This document shows positions 21,146-32,524 of a stretch of 64,000 nt of DNA, one piece after another. Made by a program: the position numbers and the translations under genes. The notes below the pieces were generated by a model, which made no database searches, was not told the origin of the DNA, and worked only from the letters and a program-made list of their open reading frames with translations. This DNA is from an uncultured Planctomycetota bacterium (lineage in GTDB: Bacteria; Planctomycetota; Planctomycetia; Isosphaerales; Isosphaeraceae), in assembly GCA_963845755.1 (NCBI GenBank), contig CAWJTV010000036.1, positions 416,001-480,000 of the forward strand, in the 5' to 3' direction. Within the stretch, counting starts at the first letter, position 1, and every line of letters begins with the position of its first letter.

Positions 21146-21327
21146 CCAATTCGATGGCGCGGGGAAAGCCTACCTCGGCATAGGAGGCGATGGCGTTATC
21201 TCTCGAGAGGTGTAGACGCCGATCGAAAAGATTGGCACTTTGCCGGTCGAAGCCTGCTCGGTGGGCTCAGCGAGTTCAGAGGATCAGGAGCCGATTTTGA
21301 CCACCGGCCACTGACCCTCTTCGAGCA

Positions 21328-22263
21328 TCAGTTCTGATCTTCTGGCTTTCTGGACACATCGACCTCGATGACGGCCTGAGAATCAAGCCCTTTCGGAAGT
21401 CTCGGCATCTGAATTCCTGGATAAGCACCCCACAAGCGCCTAATGTCCTGTTCGTTCAGACCCATTCTCTGGAGGGCTTCCTTTCTTTCCATGCTCATAC
21501 GTATGATCTTACGATAATAGTTGACGAGCTGCACGCCTAGCTCGCTCGCCTTGACGATATGGATCGTGTGTCGCCCATGGACGCCGAAGAAAACATCCGC
21601 CTCCCAGACATTGGTCTGGCCTACCTGTCTCAGAGGATGTGGCTGGGGCCACCATTCTCCCTGCCTGTTCGAGAAAATGAAAACATCGCTGCCCGGAGGA
21701 TTAATACATTCGCACCTAAACGTGTATTTGCCAGCGGTCCTAAACGTCTCAAGCGGGGCATCGGTTTCTAGAGGCAGAAATCTGATCCCCAAAGTCTGTT
21801 GCGCTCGGATGAATCGCTCGTTCTCGTTCCTGATGCGCTGGGCGAGGTCGTGGGGGAATAATTCGACTTCGATGTCGCACTTCTGGAGTTCGACGACTCC
21901 CTTACCACAAACACCTTGGTTTGGGTCGAGGATGCCGACAAACACTTTCCTCACCTGGGCTGCGACCAATAGTTCCGTGCAGGCTTCGAGCGGCTTGGTC
22001 CTGACATGATGAGTGCATGGTTCAAGTGTCGTGTAAACGGTGGCTTCGCGAAGGAGTGCCCGGTTCTTCACGTTCGCCAGCGCCCTGAATTCGGCGTGGT
22101 CGTCATCCCCAACGACGCCAGTGCCACGGTGACCAGCGCCCAGGATATCGCCACCTATGGCAATCACGGCCCCTACTTTGGGTATGCGATCGGGGTCTTC
22201 CGGCTCACACTCGGAAGCCAGATCGATAGCTCGCTCCATCAGTTCCCGGTCTCTATCTCTCAT
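21328..22263 (-). CDS. RibD-like Zn deaminase domain fused to an unknown C-terminal domain
   Basis: PKVGAVI...HAEFRAL...YTTLEPC...ACTELL...VGILDPN; no reductase domain; lower GC than flanks. Confidence 0.85.
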   Translation of the reverse strand: MRDRDRELMERAIDLASECEPEDPDRIPKVGAVIAIGGDILGAGHRGTGVVGDDDHAEFRALANVKNRALLREATVYTTLEPCTHHVRTKPLEACTELLVAAQVRKVFVGILDPNQGVCGKGVVELQKCDIEVELFPHDLAQRIRNENERFIRAQQTLGIRFLPLETDAPLETFRTAGKYTFRCECINPPGSDVFIFSNRQGEWWPQPHPLRQVGQTNVWEADVFFGVHGRHTIHIVKASELGVQLVNYYRKIIRMSMERKEALQRMGLNEQDIRRLWGAYPGIQMPRLPKGLDSQAVIEVDVSRKPEDQN

Positions 22264-22371
22264 GGTAGCTTAGCGACGTCCGAATAGAGCGAGAGGATGA
22301 CCGAAGACACGTGTAGTATATCCCCAACCGTAACAGAGCGCCTGAAAACGAGCAATTCATTGGGTGAAAAA

Positions 22372-22440
22372 GGCACTGCAAACGGGGACGCAACGGCACT
22401 GCAAACGGGGACGCAACGGCACTGCAAACGGGGACGCAAC
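22372..22440. repeat. Three exact tandem copies of a 23-bp unit
   Basis: GGCACTGCAAACGGGGACGCAAC at 22372, 22395 and 22418. Confidence 0.95.
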
Positions 22441-22517
22441 GAATTCTCCGTTTGGAGCCACGGGGTCTGACTCCCTGACCCCCTTGACCCTTGCCTCCGA
22501 TCCATGGGCCAGCATCT

Positions 22518-23879
22518 CTACCCGACGAGCTCGCGGATCGGCTCACCGCGTTCGATCAGGTAGGTGGGGCGGCCGGTCCGATCCTCGAAGGTGACGGATC
22601 GGCCATCGATGCCGAGGTGATGGTAGACGGTGGCGGCGACGTCCTGCGGGCTGATCGGGCGGTCCATGACGTACTCGCCTCGGGGGCTGCTCCGGCCGAT
22701 GATTTGGCCCATCTGCATCGATCCGCAGGCGAACAGGACGCTGAAGGTCTGGCCCCAGTGGTCGCGACCGGCGTCGCGGTTCATCCGCGGAGTCCGGCCG
22801 AACTCGCCCATCGCGACGACCAGCGTGGATTCGAATAGCCCGCGGGCGATCAGGTCGTCGATCAGGGCCGCGATGGCGCGATCGAGCGGCGGGATCAACT
22901 TGCGTGCGCCTTCCTCGGTCTTGAGCTGCGGGGGCGTTCCATGGTGGTCCCACGGGACGCAGTTCACCGTGACGAACGGCGTGCCCGCTTCGACCAATCG
23001 GCGTGCCAGGAGGGCGCTCTGGCCGAACGTGTGGTGGCCGTAGCGGTCGCGGAGCACCGCCGGCTCGGAGTTGATGTCAAAGGCGCGCGTCACCGATTTG
23101 TCCATCATCATGTCGAAGGCGCGCTGGTGGTAGGCGTCGAGGTCGCGGAGTACCGGATCAATGTCGTGGCGGAGCTGGTCCATCGATTCCAGGAACCGGC
23201 GGCGGTCTTCCAGGCGGCCGAGCGAGACGCCCTTCGGCATCGACAGGTTCTTGACGCGGAACCCGGCGTCGTTCGGGTCCGACTCCACGATGAAAGGATT
23301 GGCGTAGCCGCCGAGGTACGCCGCGTAGTGGAACAGGTTGTCGGTCCCTCCCCGGAGGTGAGGCACGGCCACGTACGGAGGTAGGCCCCGGTCTCCTGGA
23401 CCCAGCAGCCGGGCCACGGCCGAGCCCATCGACGGCCGACGCTGGACCTCGTTGTCGGGGGCGTTGAACGCCGGCCCCTCGTAACCGGTCAGCATCCAGT
23501 GGTTGCCCTTGGTGTGGTCGCCCGTCCCGTGGTTGACCGACCGGACGATGGCCATCCGATCCGTCCGTCGGGCCTGCTCCGGCAGCAGCTCGCTGAAGTG
23601 GACACCTGGTAGGCTGGTGGGGATCGCGCCGAACGGGCCGCGAAACTGGCTCGTCGCGCCCGGCTTGGGGTCCCAGGTCTCCATGTGACCGGGGCCGCCG
23701 CTGAGCCAGAACAGGATGACGCTCCGCCCGCGCGCGGACCCGTCCGCTGCCCCGATCGCTCGAAGCTTCAGGAGATCCGATAGGGCCAGACCTCCCAGGC
23801 CGAGCACGCCGGCCTGGAGGAAACTGCGCCGCGTGATCCCGTCACAATCCCGGGCACCGCCGCCGAGGATCTTGAGCAT
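22518..23879 (-). CDS. DUF1501 domain protein (Tat-like RRSFLQAG)
   Basis: GGPGHMETWDPKP, LLARRLVEAG, WDHHG, MGEFGRTP, GRDHW. Confidence 0.92.
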   Translation of the reverse strand: MLKILGGGARDCDGITRRSFLQAGVLGLGGLALSDLLKLRAIGAADGSARGRSVILFWLSGGPGHMETWDPKPGATSQFRGPFGAIPTSLPGVHFSELLPEQARRTDRMAIVRSVNHGTGDHTKGNHWMLTGYEGPAFNAPDNEVQRRPSMGSAVARLLGPGDRGLPPYVAVPHLRGGTDNLFHYAAYLGGYANPFIVESDPNDAGFRVKNLSMPKGVSLGRLEDRRRFLESMDQLRHDIDPVLRDLDAYHQRAFDMMMDKSVTRAFDINSEPAVLRDRYGHHTFGQSALLARRLVEAGTPFVTVNCVPWDHHGTPPQLKTEEGARKLIPPLDRAIAALIDDLIARGLFESTLVVAMGEFGRTPRMNRDAGRDHWGQTFSVLFACGSMQMGQIIGRSSPRGEYVMDRPISPQDVAATVYHHLGIDGRSVTFEDRTGRPTYLIERGEPIRELVG

Positions 23880-24048
23880 GGCGTCCCCTTGTCAATCCCG
23901 TGATGTTTAACATGGATTCCGTTATCGATGCCGCGGGGATCCTTGTCAAGTCCGCGTCGCTTTCAAAATAACCGGGGAAGTCCGACCGAGTAACTTCCGG
24001 AGAGATGGGAGCATCGAGAGGGTCGGGGAGTGTCTCGGAGGGTCTGCG

Positions 24049-25748
24049 ATGAGCAACAGGGTTGTCCGGGGTCCGGGCCCCGTCTTCGTCTACGAGTGGA
24101 TCACCGCGTCGAGGCGCTGGCAAGTCTATGCGCTGCGATCGCTGTTCGTCCTGGGCTTGCTGGCAGCCTTCCTGGCAATTGGGATGAGCCGGGAGGCGGT
24201 CTTGGTCGCCGGCCCGACGGGACTCCGCGGCTGGCGCAGCTCGGCGAAGGGCTCTTCGTGGCCGTGATCGGCACGCAGTTGACGCTGGTGCTGCTGGCCG
24301 CGCCGGCCGCGACCGCCGGGGCAATCTGCCTGGACCGGTCCCGAGGGACCCTGACGCATTTGCTCGTCACGGACCTCAGCGACCGGGAGATTGTGCTGGG
24401 GAAGCTCGCCGCGCGGCTGACTCCCATCTTGACGCTCGTCGCCTGCGCGTTGCCGGTCATGCAGATCCTCACATTGCTGGGCGGGGTCGATCCGGATGCG
24501 CTCCTCGGGTCGTTCGTGGTGACGCTCGGCGTCGCGGTGCTTGGCTGTTGCCTGGCCCTGGTCTTCTCGATCTGGGTCCGCAGGACGCACGAGGCGCTGC
24601 TGGCCACGTACGCGGTGTTCGGCCTGTGGCTGCTGGGCCCTCCCATGCTCGAACAGATCAACCGGTCGAACGGCTGGTCTCTGGCCGTACCGTCGCCGTC
24701 GGTTAACCCATACCGGCTGGCCTTCGCTCCTTACTGGCAGCCGGGCTCGGTGGACTGGCGCGATTACCTGGTGTTCCTTCTCGCGACCTGGGGGTTCTCC
24801 GCGATCCTCGCCGGGCTGGCGGTGCGGTCCATGCGACGGGTCTGCACGCGCGATGTGGAGCGGAAGGCGACGGGTCGTCGGCATCCGGCAACCGGCGTCG
24901 AGATGATCGCGAGCACGCCTTTCCGGATCTTCGGCTGGTCGGGGCCGACTCTGGACTCCAACCCGGTCCTATGGCGCGAGTGGCACCGCAACCGGCCCCG
25001 GCGCTGGGCGCGGATCATCGCGATGACGTTCGTCGCGGTGGCGCTGGGCTTCAGCCTGCTGGCGATCCACGCAGGCGGCCGGAGTGGGATGCCACCCTTT
25101 GTCAACGCGTTCCAGGTTTCCATCGGCCTCCTCTTCCTGAGCGTGACCGCGGCGACTTCGCTGGCCGAGGAGCGGGTCAGGGGGAGCCTCGATGTGCTGA
25201 TGTCGACGACGTTGACGACACGGGAGATCGTGGTCGGCAAGTGGCTGGGTACGTTTCGCCTGGTCCCGCCGCTGGCGGTCCTCCCGGTGCTGGTCGTCGT
25301 CGGCACGACCGGGTCACAAGTCGAGAGATGGCCGACGGCCCTCCTGATGGTCACCTTCGTCTTATGCTGCGGCGCGGCGATCACCAGCCTGGGACTGGCC
25401 ATGGCGACCTGGTGCTCCCGGCTCGGCCGCGCCGTGGGGCTGACGGTCAGCCTGTATACCCTCGTCACGGTCGGCTGGATGTTCGGGATGATCGCGATCC
25501 TCGGCGGCCCGAACCCGGACTCGAGATTCCAGATGATGCTCAGTCCCTTCTTCTGGGCTGGCATGGTAACCGCGGATGTGACTGAAGGCCCGCACGGGGG
25601 AACCTGGGGCTGGGGCATCCTCTGGACTCTGGCCTACGCGCTGACTGCCCTGGCGCTTCTGGCCGCGACGCTGGCGACATTCAATCGCTGTCTGGGCCGG
25701 GTCGAGAGCCACGCCGTCCGGCTCGGCCGGTCGAACGGCCGGAATTGA
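24049..25748 (+). CDS. ABC-2-type permease with two tandem membrane modules (frameshift ~24230)
   Basis: DRSRGTLTHLLVTDLSDREIVLGKL and EERVRGSLDVLMSTTLTTREIVVGKW; many TM helices. Confidence 0.82.
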
Positions 25749-26702
25749 CACGACGCGCGGCCAGGGCCGCCATCATCAGACCGAACACCGCCAGCGTGCT
25801 CGGCTCAGGAACGGGGGACACCACGGGCGTCAGCAGGAATTCGTCCGTCTGTCCCGAAGAGCCGGTGCCGAAGGCCACGATCCGGCCCGAGCCGTCGATC
25901 CCCACGGCGGAGATCAGGGTGATGTTCGCGGAGGTCGGGATCAGGAGGTTGAGGTCCTGCATCATGCCGTTGGAATAGACGAAGGCATGTTGGGCGCCGC
26001 TGGCGATCTGCGACCAGCCGACGACATTATTCGCGTTGTTCAAGGCGTTGGCGACCGCGTTGGTGCCACCCAGATTACCCAGATCGATCGCTCCCGAGTT
26101 GATCCCTCCAGCCCCCTGGAGATAGGGGACTCTCACGCCTTGTCCATTCACCTCGGTGGTCGCGATGACGCGATTGTCATTGATGCCCGCGACCGTTCCT
26201 TGGAATTGATCCAGAATTGGAATTGGAACTTGGTGAAATACTGGGAGAGATATCCCGGGCTCTGAAGGGTTTGGCCATTCGAGGGATTGGTAACGGTATG
26301 CGGGTCGGATAGGAAAATGACGAGCTGTTGCGTACTGGAACTGCCAAGGTTGGGTAGTGTCTCGAATGATGTACCGGCATTCACGCCCAGATTGTTACTG
26401 GTCACAAGACTTGGGCTGGAGAGAATGATATCGCCATCCATCAGGTCCGTGCGAACGATATCCCCCTGGTGAAACTCCCCTAAGCCGGACACCGTTGCCG
26501 GATGTGCATAGACATCGAATGATCCCGACTGGAATGCGGACTGATCGGACGCGCTGAGAGCCCCCAGGTAGCTACCGCTCGAGTTGGCGGGGCCAAGGTT
26601 CGTCACCGAGTACAGCGCAGCCGCTCCGGCTGAGCCGGAAAGGATACCGACGAGCCCGAAGATCACCGCAAGATGCTGAACGCCTCGAAGTCCCGCCCGC
26701 AT
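25681..26702 (-). CDS. PEP-CTERM protein with HAF-type extracellular repeat (frameshifted ~26120-26190)
   Basis: Signal peptide then YSVTNLG; HAFVYSNGMMQDLN; VPEPSTLAVFGLMMAALAARR. Confidence 0.8.
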
Positions 26703-26836
26703 GGTCGCCCCTCCTTGGTCGAACGCGCCGAGAGATCGTCCGTGATTTTTCGCGTGTGAAATCATCGAGGAAACACGGTTTCTTGTCAACGAAACTTAAT
26801 GCGCAGGTCCGACTTTCCAGCCGGACGTCGGCAAGA

Positions 26837-28226
26837 CTATCCGAAGATGCGTGTGATCGGCTTGCCGGCCGCGATGGGAAGCGGGCGTCCCAGGGTATCG
26901 ATCACCTCGGTGGCCGGGTCGATGCCCAGGGCCCAGAACATCGTCGCGGCGATGTCGTCGGGCGTCACGGGATCGGTGGCGGGATAGCCGCCGATGTGGT
27001 CGCTCGAGCCGTAGATCGCACCAGGAATGATTCCGCCGCCCGCGAAGAGGACCGTGTAACACATCGGCCAGTGGTCGCGGCCGTCGGGGCCGAACTGCTT
27101 CGTGTTCGTCACCTTGGGCGATCGGCCGAATTCGCCCATCCAGACGATCAGGGTCTCGTCGAGCAGTCCGCCGCACCTGGAGGTCCAGGATCAAGGTGGG
27201 CACGGTGCGATCCGTGTTCGGCAGGAGGCGGTTCTTGAGCTGGTTGAAGTTGTCGCCGTGCGTGTCCCAGCCGCCGTTGCCCCGGCCGCCGATCGTCTGG
27301 GAGTAATAGACCGTGACGAACCGCACGCCCGCCTCGACCAGCCGGCGAGCCAGCAGGCAGCTCTGGCCGTAGGTCGTCCGGCCGTAGTCGTCGCGGAGCC
27401 GCTCGGGCTCGGCCGAGAGGTCGAAGGCTTGCTTGACCTTGGGCCGGCTCAGCATTGTCAGGGCCCGCGCGTAGAACGCGTCGATCCCCCGCGCCGTCTC
27501 CGACGAGGCGAGCAGGTCGGTCTGCTGGTCGATCAGTCGCTGGAGACCGCGGCGGTCCTCCAGCCGGTCCAGCGAGAGCGATTCGGGGAGGCTCAGCTCG
27601 GGCAGCCGGAAATTCGAACGGTTCGGGTCCTGGCCGATGAAGAAGGGGTCGAACGCCTTGCCAAGGAAGCTGGCGTGCTGGCCGGGCGAGACGCTGCCGT
27701 CGCGGAGGACATACGGGAAGCTGATAAACGAGGGGACCGCCGGGTCGTCCGACGGCCGGAGCCGGGCGACTGTGCTGCCATAAGCCGGGTAGAGCTCCTG
27801 AGTGTCGCGCAGGCGGATGTCATCGAGCGGCGGCGCGTGGCCGGTCAGGCTGTAATAGGTCGCCGAGTTGTGGTTCCTCATCGTGTGGTGGACCGACCGG
27901 ACTTGCGCGAAGCGGTCGACCACCGTCGAGAACCGGGGCAGATGCTCGGAGACCGACAGGCCGGGTTGCTGAGTCGCGATCGGCGTGAACTCGCCCCGGA
28001 TCCCCGAGGGCGCGTCGGGCTTCATGTCGAACGTGTCCAGGTGCGACGGGCCGCCGAACTGGTGCAGGAAGATCACGTTCCTGGCCCGCGCACGCAACCC
28101 GGAGCCTTCGGCGGCCCGGAGCAGGGTCGGCAGGTTCAGACCGGCGATCCCGGCGCAGCCCGCCTGAAGGAGCCGCCGACGCGTCAGCCGGCTCGTCATC
28201 TGGTAGCCGTGGCAACCGCGCATCAT
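26837..28226 (-). CDS. DUF1501 domain protein (frameshift ~27170)
   Basis: RRRLLQAG, GGPSHLDTFDMKP, LLARRLVEAG, WDTHG, MGEFGRSP, GRDHW. Confidence 0.9.
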
Positions 28227-28256
28227 GGACGAGTCCTTATAAGATTAGAAGAATAA

Positions 28257-28423
28257 TTGAACACGAAATACACGAAACACACGAAACATACAAAATTCTA
28301 GGATACCTTCATTTCGTCTCGCTATTACTTCCACGGAGAAGCACTTTGGGTGTGACAACTCTTCACGCTGGGCTCTCGCTGACCTGCGTTCCCTTTCGTG
28401 CATTTCGTGTATTTCGTGTTCAA
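28257..28423. repeat. Inverted 9-mer tandem-repeat hairpin
   Basis: TTGAACACGAAATACACGAAACACACGAAA (28257-28286) versus its complement at 28394-28423, 2 mismatches. Confidence 0.85.
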
Positions 28424-28442
28424 AAAATCCGTATTCCGAATC

Positions 28443-30955
28443 TCAATGCCGGAGCAGGAACTCCTTGCTGTTCAAGAGCGCCCAAACGACGTCCTCCCAG
28501 GCACTTCGTCGATGGCGGGCACGGCGAAGGTAATCGGCCATCGCATCGAACTCGGCCGGCCTGGGTTCACGGCAGAGCGCGGCGAGGTAGAGCTCGGCCA
28601 AGATCTCGCGATCCCTGGCGCCGCGTGCCATCAACCGGCCGATCCGGTTGCCGCTCTCGTCCAGTTTGCGACGGACCGTCGGCCCGTTGATCATCTGGAA
28701 GGCCTGGGCCAGGGTGGTTGCCTCGGACCGCTCGCATTCGCAGGTCAGCAGCCGCTCGGGCTTGCCGAAGGTCTTCAGGAATGCGACCTCACCCGCCGCG
28801 CCGGGCAGTTGTGCGGCACGCAAGGTGCCAGGGGCGTGGCGGAACGACTCGGGCACGTCGAGGGCCTGGCTGATGGCATCGAGCAGCACCTCGGCCGGCA
28901 GCAGCCGCACGGTCGCGTGGGAGAAGTTGGATGCGTCGTCCCGGTTGGTGGAATCAGGCGCGGCGCCGGCCTGATACGTCCGCGACTTCAGGACCCAGGC
29001 GACCAGCGGCTTGAGCCGCATCTCGTGGCTCTCGAAGTACCCGGTCAAGGTGTCCAGGAGCGCCGGATTGGAAGGCGGGTTGGAGTCGCGGAAATCATCC
29101 ACCGGCTCGACGATCCCCCGGCCGAGGAGGTGAAACCAGACCCGGTTGGCCAGGTTGCGGCGGAACTGGCGATTGTCGCGGGTCAGCCAGTCGGCCAGAA
29201 CGGCGAGGGCGTTGCCTTCGGCGGGATTGGCGGTCGGCGTTCCTCGGAGGACCGTGGGATTGAGGACGACACCCGTCCGTGGCTGGACCATCCGAGGCGC
29301 ATCACCGGTCAGGTAGATGATCTCGTCGCCGTTGATCTCGTGCTTGTCGAGGTTGTCCTTGCGGACGTTGTCGAGCTCTTTGCGCGATGGTCGAGAAGAA
29401 CGCAGCCAGACCATAATAATCGTCCTGGGTCCAGGCGTCGAACGGGTGGTTATGGCACCGCGCGCACTGGATCCGCAGACCCAGGAAGACCTGGGCGACG
29501 CTCTCGGCGGCCGTGGTCGGCTCGCGGTTGGTCCGGTAGAAGCTGGACGGCGGGTTCTGGAACGTCGAGCCCAGGCCGCCCACGATCCGGCGAACCATTT
29601 CATCAAGGGGCAGGTCGCGCGCGATCTGGTCGCGGAGCCATCGCTGGAAGACCCAGGCGCCTTTCTCGCCCATGGTCTTCTCTTCGTTCCGCAGCAAATC
29701 GGCCCACTTCAGCGCCCAGAAGTCGGCGAATTCCGGCCGATCGACCAGCGCGTCGGCCAGCTTGTTCCGCTTGTCGGGATCGCGATCGGCGAGGAAGGCG
29801 CGGGCCTCGGCGGGGTTGGGGAGCCGGCCGATCGCATCCAGGTAGGCCCGGCGGATGAAGACGGAATCGTCGCTCGGGGCCGACGGGTTGATCCGGAGCG
29901 CACGCAGCTTGGCGTAGACGTCCCGGTCGAGGGGATGATCGGCCGGCTCGGTGCGCCAGACGAAATCGGGTCGATCGGCCGGGAACGCCAGCCGGCTGAC
30001 CGCTCGGCCGTTCATGTAGCGGATCGCGACCGTGGTCTCGCCCGGCCCGCGGATGTGGACCAGCCCATCCGCGGACACCTCGACCCGGGTGGGATCGTCG
30101 AGGTCGTAGGCGGCCTGACGGGTAACGTCCCGCGTGGTCCCGTCGACGAACTCGGCGGTCACGACGAGCTGCTGATCCCGCGCCGGCTGCCTCGACCCGC
30201 TCGGATGGAAAGACCCGGAGCGACCGGACCAGAGGTGCGGTGCCGCGATCATCGAGACCACCCGAAGCGATCCAGCGCAGCAGGGTCAAGGCCTCGACCG
30301 ATCCTCGGGGAAACCGCCGGCCGCCCTCGTGGGAAACCGCCGTTGTCGGCTTGAGGAAGGCCAGGCTCTGCTCGGGCGCCAGGCGATTGATGCGCCGGCC
30401 GAACTGGTCGCGGCTTAGCGAGGCGAAATCGAAGTCCGGATCGTCGCCGCGAAGGCTGAGCCGGAATCCCCCCTTGCCGCTCAGGTTGCCATGGCATGCG
30501 CCCATGTTGCAACCGGCCTTCGAAAGCAGCGGTACGACGTCGGTGCGGAAGCTTGCCGGCCGATGGTTCGCCGCGCGATCGATGCGGATCCCGGCCGAGA
30601 CCGACAGGCTCCCGACTGTCGCTCGGATCCACCCACACCCGTCGGCCTCGGGGCGCACGACGCCCGAGGACGTGATCGAAGCCAACGATGCCGGCTCTAC
30701 GACGAATCGGCAGTCGCGGGTCGCGTCGCGGAACGATCCGTCCGCCTGAAGGAGGTTCACGGCGAGCTGCTGGCGACCGTCCGCACTCGATAGGACGATG
30801 GTTGACGGCTCGATGGTCAGGGTGGGCGAGCCAGGATTGCCCGCGACCGCCATCGAACTCGAGAACACGACGATCGCGATTCCGGCGAGACCGCGCGTCA
30901 CGACGTACCGCAGCCTGGATCCAACTCGACCTTCCGGGCGAGGGTCGCGCACCAT
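28443..30955 (-). CDS. DUF1549/DUF1553 protein with Ig-like domains (frameshifts ~30190 and ~29385)
   Basis: GCNMGACHG, FIRRAYLD, CARCHNHPFD, ANRVWFHLLGRGIVEPVDD, WALLNSKEFLLRH. Confidence 0.9.
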
Positions 30956-31271
30956 GGTCTCCTTCCACATCCCTGCCAACGGGCTGAGGGCCGTTGGGCT
31001 GAGTCTTGTTCGCGCGCACCAAGGGCGGGGGGCCGGAGGAATGTTCGACAATATCTTAACCGTTGCCGATGGGGGGCGTCAACCGAGTCGCGACGAAGCT
31101 TGAGGGCGCATGCGAAAGGGCGAAGATGCGTCCGAACCCGGGCACGAACCCGGCTCGGACGAAACCTCGCCCTGCGTGTGATCAAGATTCGAGGGAATCC
31201 GTCCGGCGAACCCTTTTCCCTGTTGGGGAGGGAAGGTCCGCGAGCGACGCTGCGTCCGTCACGCGGCGGCG

Positions 31272-32270
31272 TTACTTGATCTCGTCGGCCGAGATCGTCT
31301 CGCCGCCCGCGCGAGTCATGAGCTTGTTGAGGGTCAGCTTGTTGATCTGGGAAGTCACCGTCCGTACGGTACCGTCGCAATATGCGAAGTTGACCATCCC
31401 CGGATGCTTGCTCGCCCAGTACGTCCAGTAGTTCTGTCCGTTGAGGGTGATGGGCTTATTGATGGTTCGATCGACATTGGTTCGGACGCAGCAACTCGTG
31501 GATTGCGACCAGACGCCCTGAGGGTAGACGCTCTCCCCCATCAGGATCGTCGTGGAGGTGCCATCGGTGATGTCGGCCATGTTGCACGTCGAGTTCTGGT
31601 ACATCATGCCGTTGTCGTACACCACGCACCACGGATTCTGGGACGCGGTGGCGATCGGGAGGAGGGACGGGCAATTGGAGTTGGTGGTCGGGATGAAACC
31701 CGCGGACTGGTTGCCGCGATAGTCGGACGGCCCGAGCTGAGAGGTCACGTTGGAGCCGGTCCCGGTCGCGATGGTCTGCGCCCGGCGGTTGGACGGGCAG
31801 ACAAACGCATCGATCGTTCGGCGGATGGCGGTGGCGTTGTCGGGCCAGGTCGTCGGCAGGTTGAAGTTCAGCTCATTATAGAGGTTGCCCTGCTCGATTT
31901 TGACGAACAAGCCCGGAAAACCGCTCCACATGTAGGTCCAAGGCGTGACTCCATTGGGCATGTTGACGGTGGGGGAGCCGGTGGGCGTGCAATTCGGATC
32001 GCCGCTGGTCATCGTGCCGTTGGTGTCGTAGGAGGGCACCACGCAATACCAGCCCGCGGGGAATGTCCCGAAGGAGTCGTGATATTCCTGGGCAGCCAGA
32101 TTGAGCTGCTTCAGGTTGTTCTGGCATTTCGTTCGGTTGGCGGCCTCGCGTGCGGCCTGCACGGCCGGCATGATCAGCGCCACCAGGACACCAATGATGG
32201 CGATCACGACCAGAAGCTCAATCAGCGTGAAAGCCGGTCGTCGACGTCGATGCTCAAGTTCTCGGCGCAT
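31272..32270 (-). CDS. DUF1559 prepilin-like protein
   Basis: AFTLIELLVVIAIIGVLVALIMPAVQAAREAA...CQNNLKQ; H-X9-DG motif HPGMVNFAYCDG. Confidence 0.93.
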   Translation of the reverse strand: MRRELEHRRRRPAFTLIELLVVIAIIGVLVALIMPAVQAAREAANRTKCQNNLKQLNLAAQEYHDSFGTFPAGWYCVVPSYDTNGTMTSGDPNCTPTGSPTVNMPNGVTPWTYMWSGFPGLFVKIEQGNLYNELNFNLPTTWPDNATAIRRTIDAFVCPSNRRAQTIATGTGSNVTSQLGPSDYRGNQSAGFIPTTNSNCPSLLPIATASQNPWCVVYDNGMMYQNSTCNMADITDGTSTTILMGESVYPQGVWSQSTSCCVRTNVDRTINKPITLNGQNYWTYWASKHPGMVNFAYCDGTVRTVTSQINKLTLNKLMTRAGGETISADEIK

Positions 32271-32524
32271 CAGAGTTCCCTCATTTGCGGTTCCATCGGG
32301 CGGTTTTCCCGTGCCTCGGCTCTCCAATATTCCAAGATACCATAGACCAATCGATCATTGCTAGCGTTCTCCACGGTCATTTGTCCTCTGCTGATGGCTA
32401 CTGGCCATTCGTCCAAAAAGGAGGCCGATTCCTTCACCTGGGGGCTGGAAAAACCCCCGATGAAACGCGATCGACCCGGCCGACAAACGGTGCCATGGAT
32501 GCCCGATGGACGAATGATCAATCG

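Noticed and set aside
21328..22263. ribD
   Set aside because: Lacks the reductase domain and any riboflavin operon context
22372..22440. CRISPR or iteron array
   Set aside because: The units are contiguous with no spacers, and no cas or rep gene is nearby
16934..22517. Integron cassette array or prophage
   Set aside because: No integrase, no recognisable attC sites, mixed gene orientations and no phage genes
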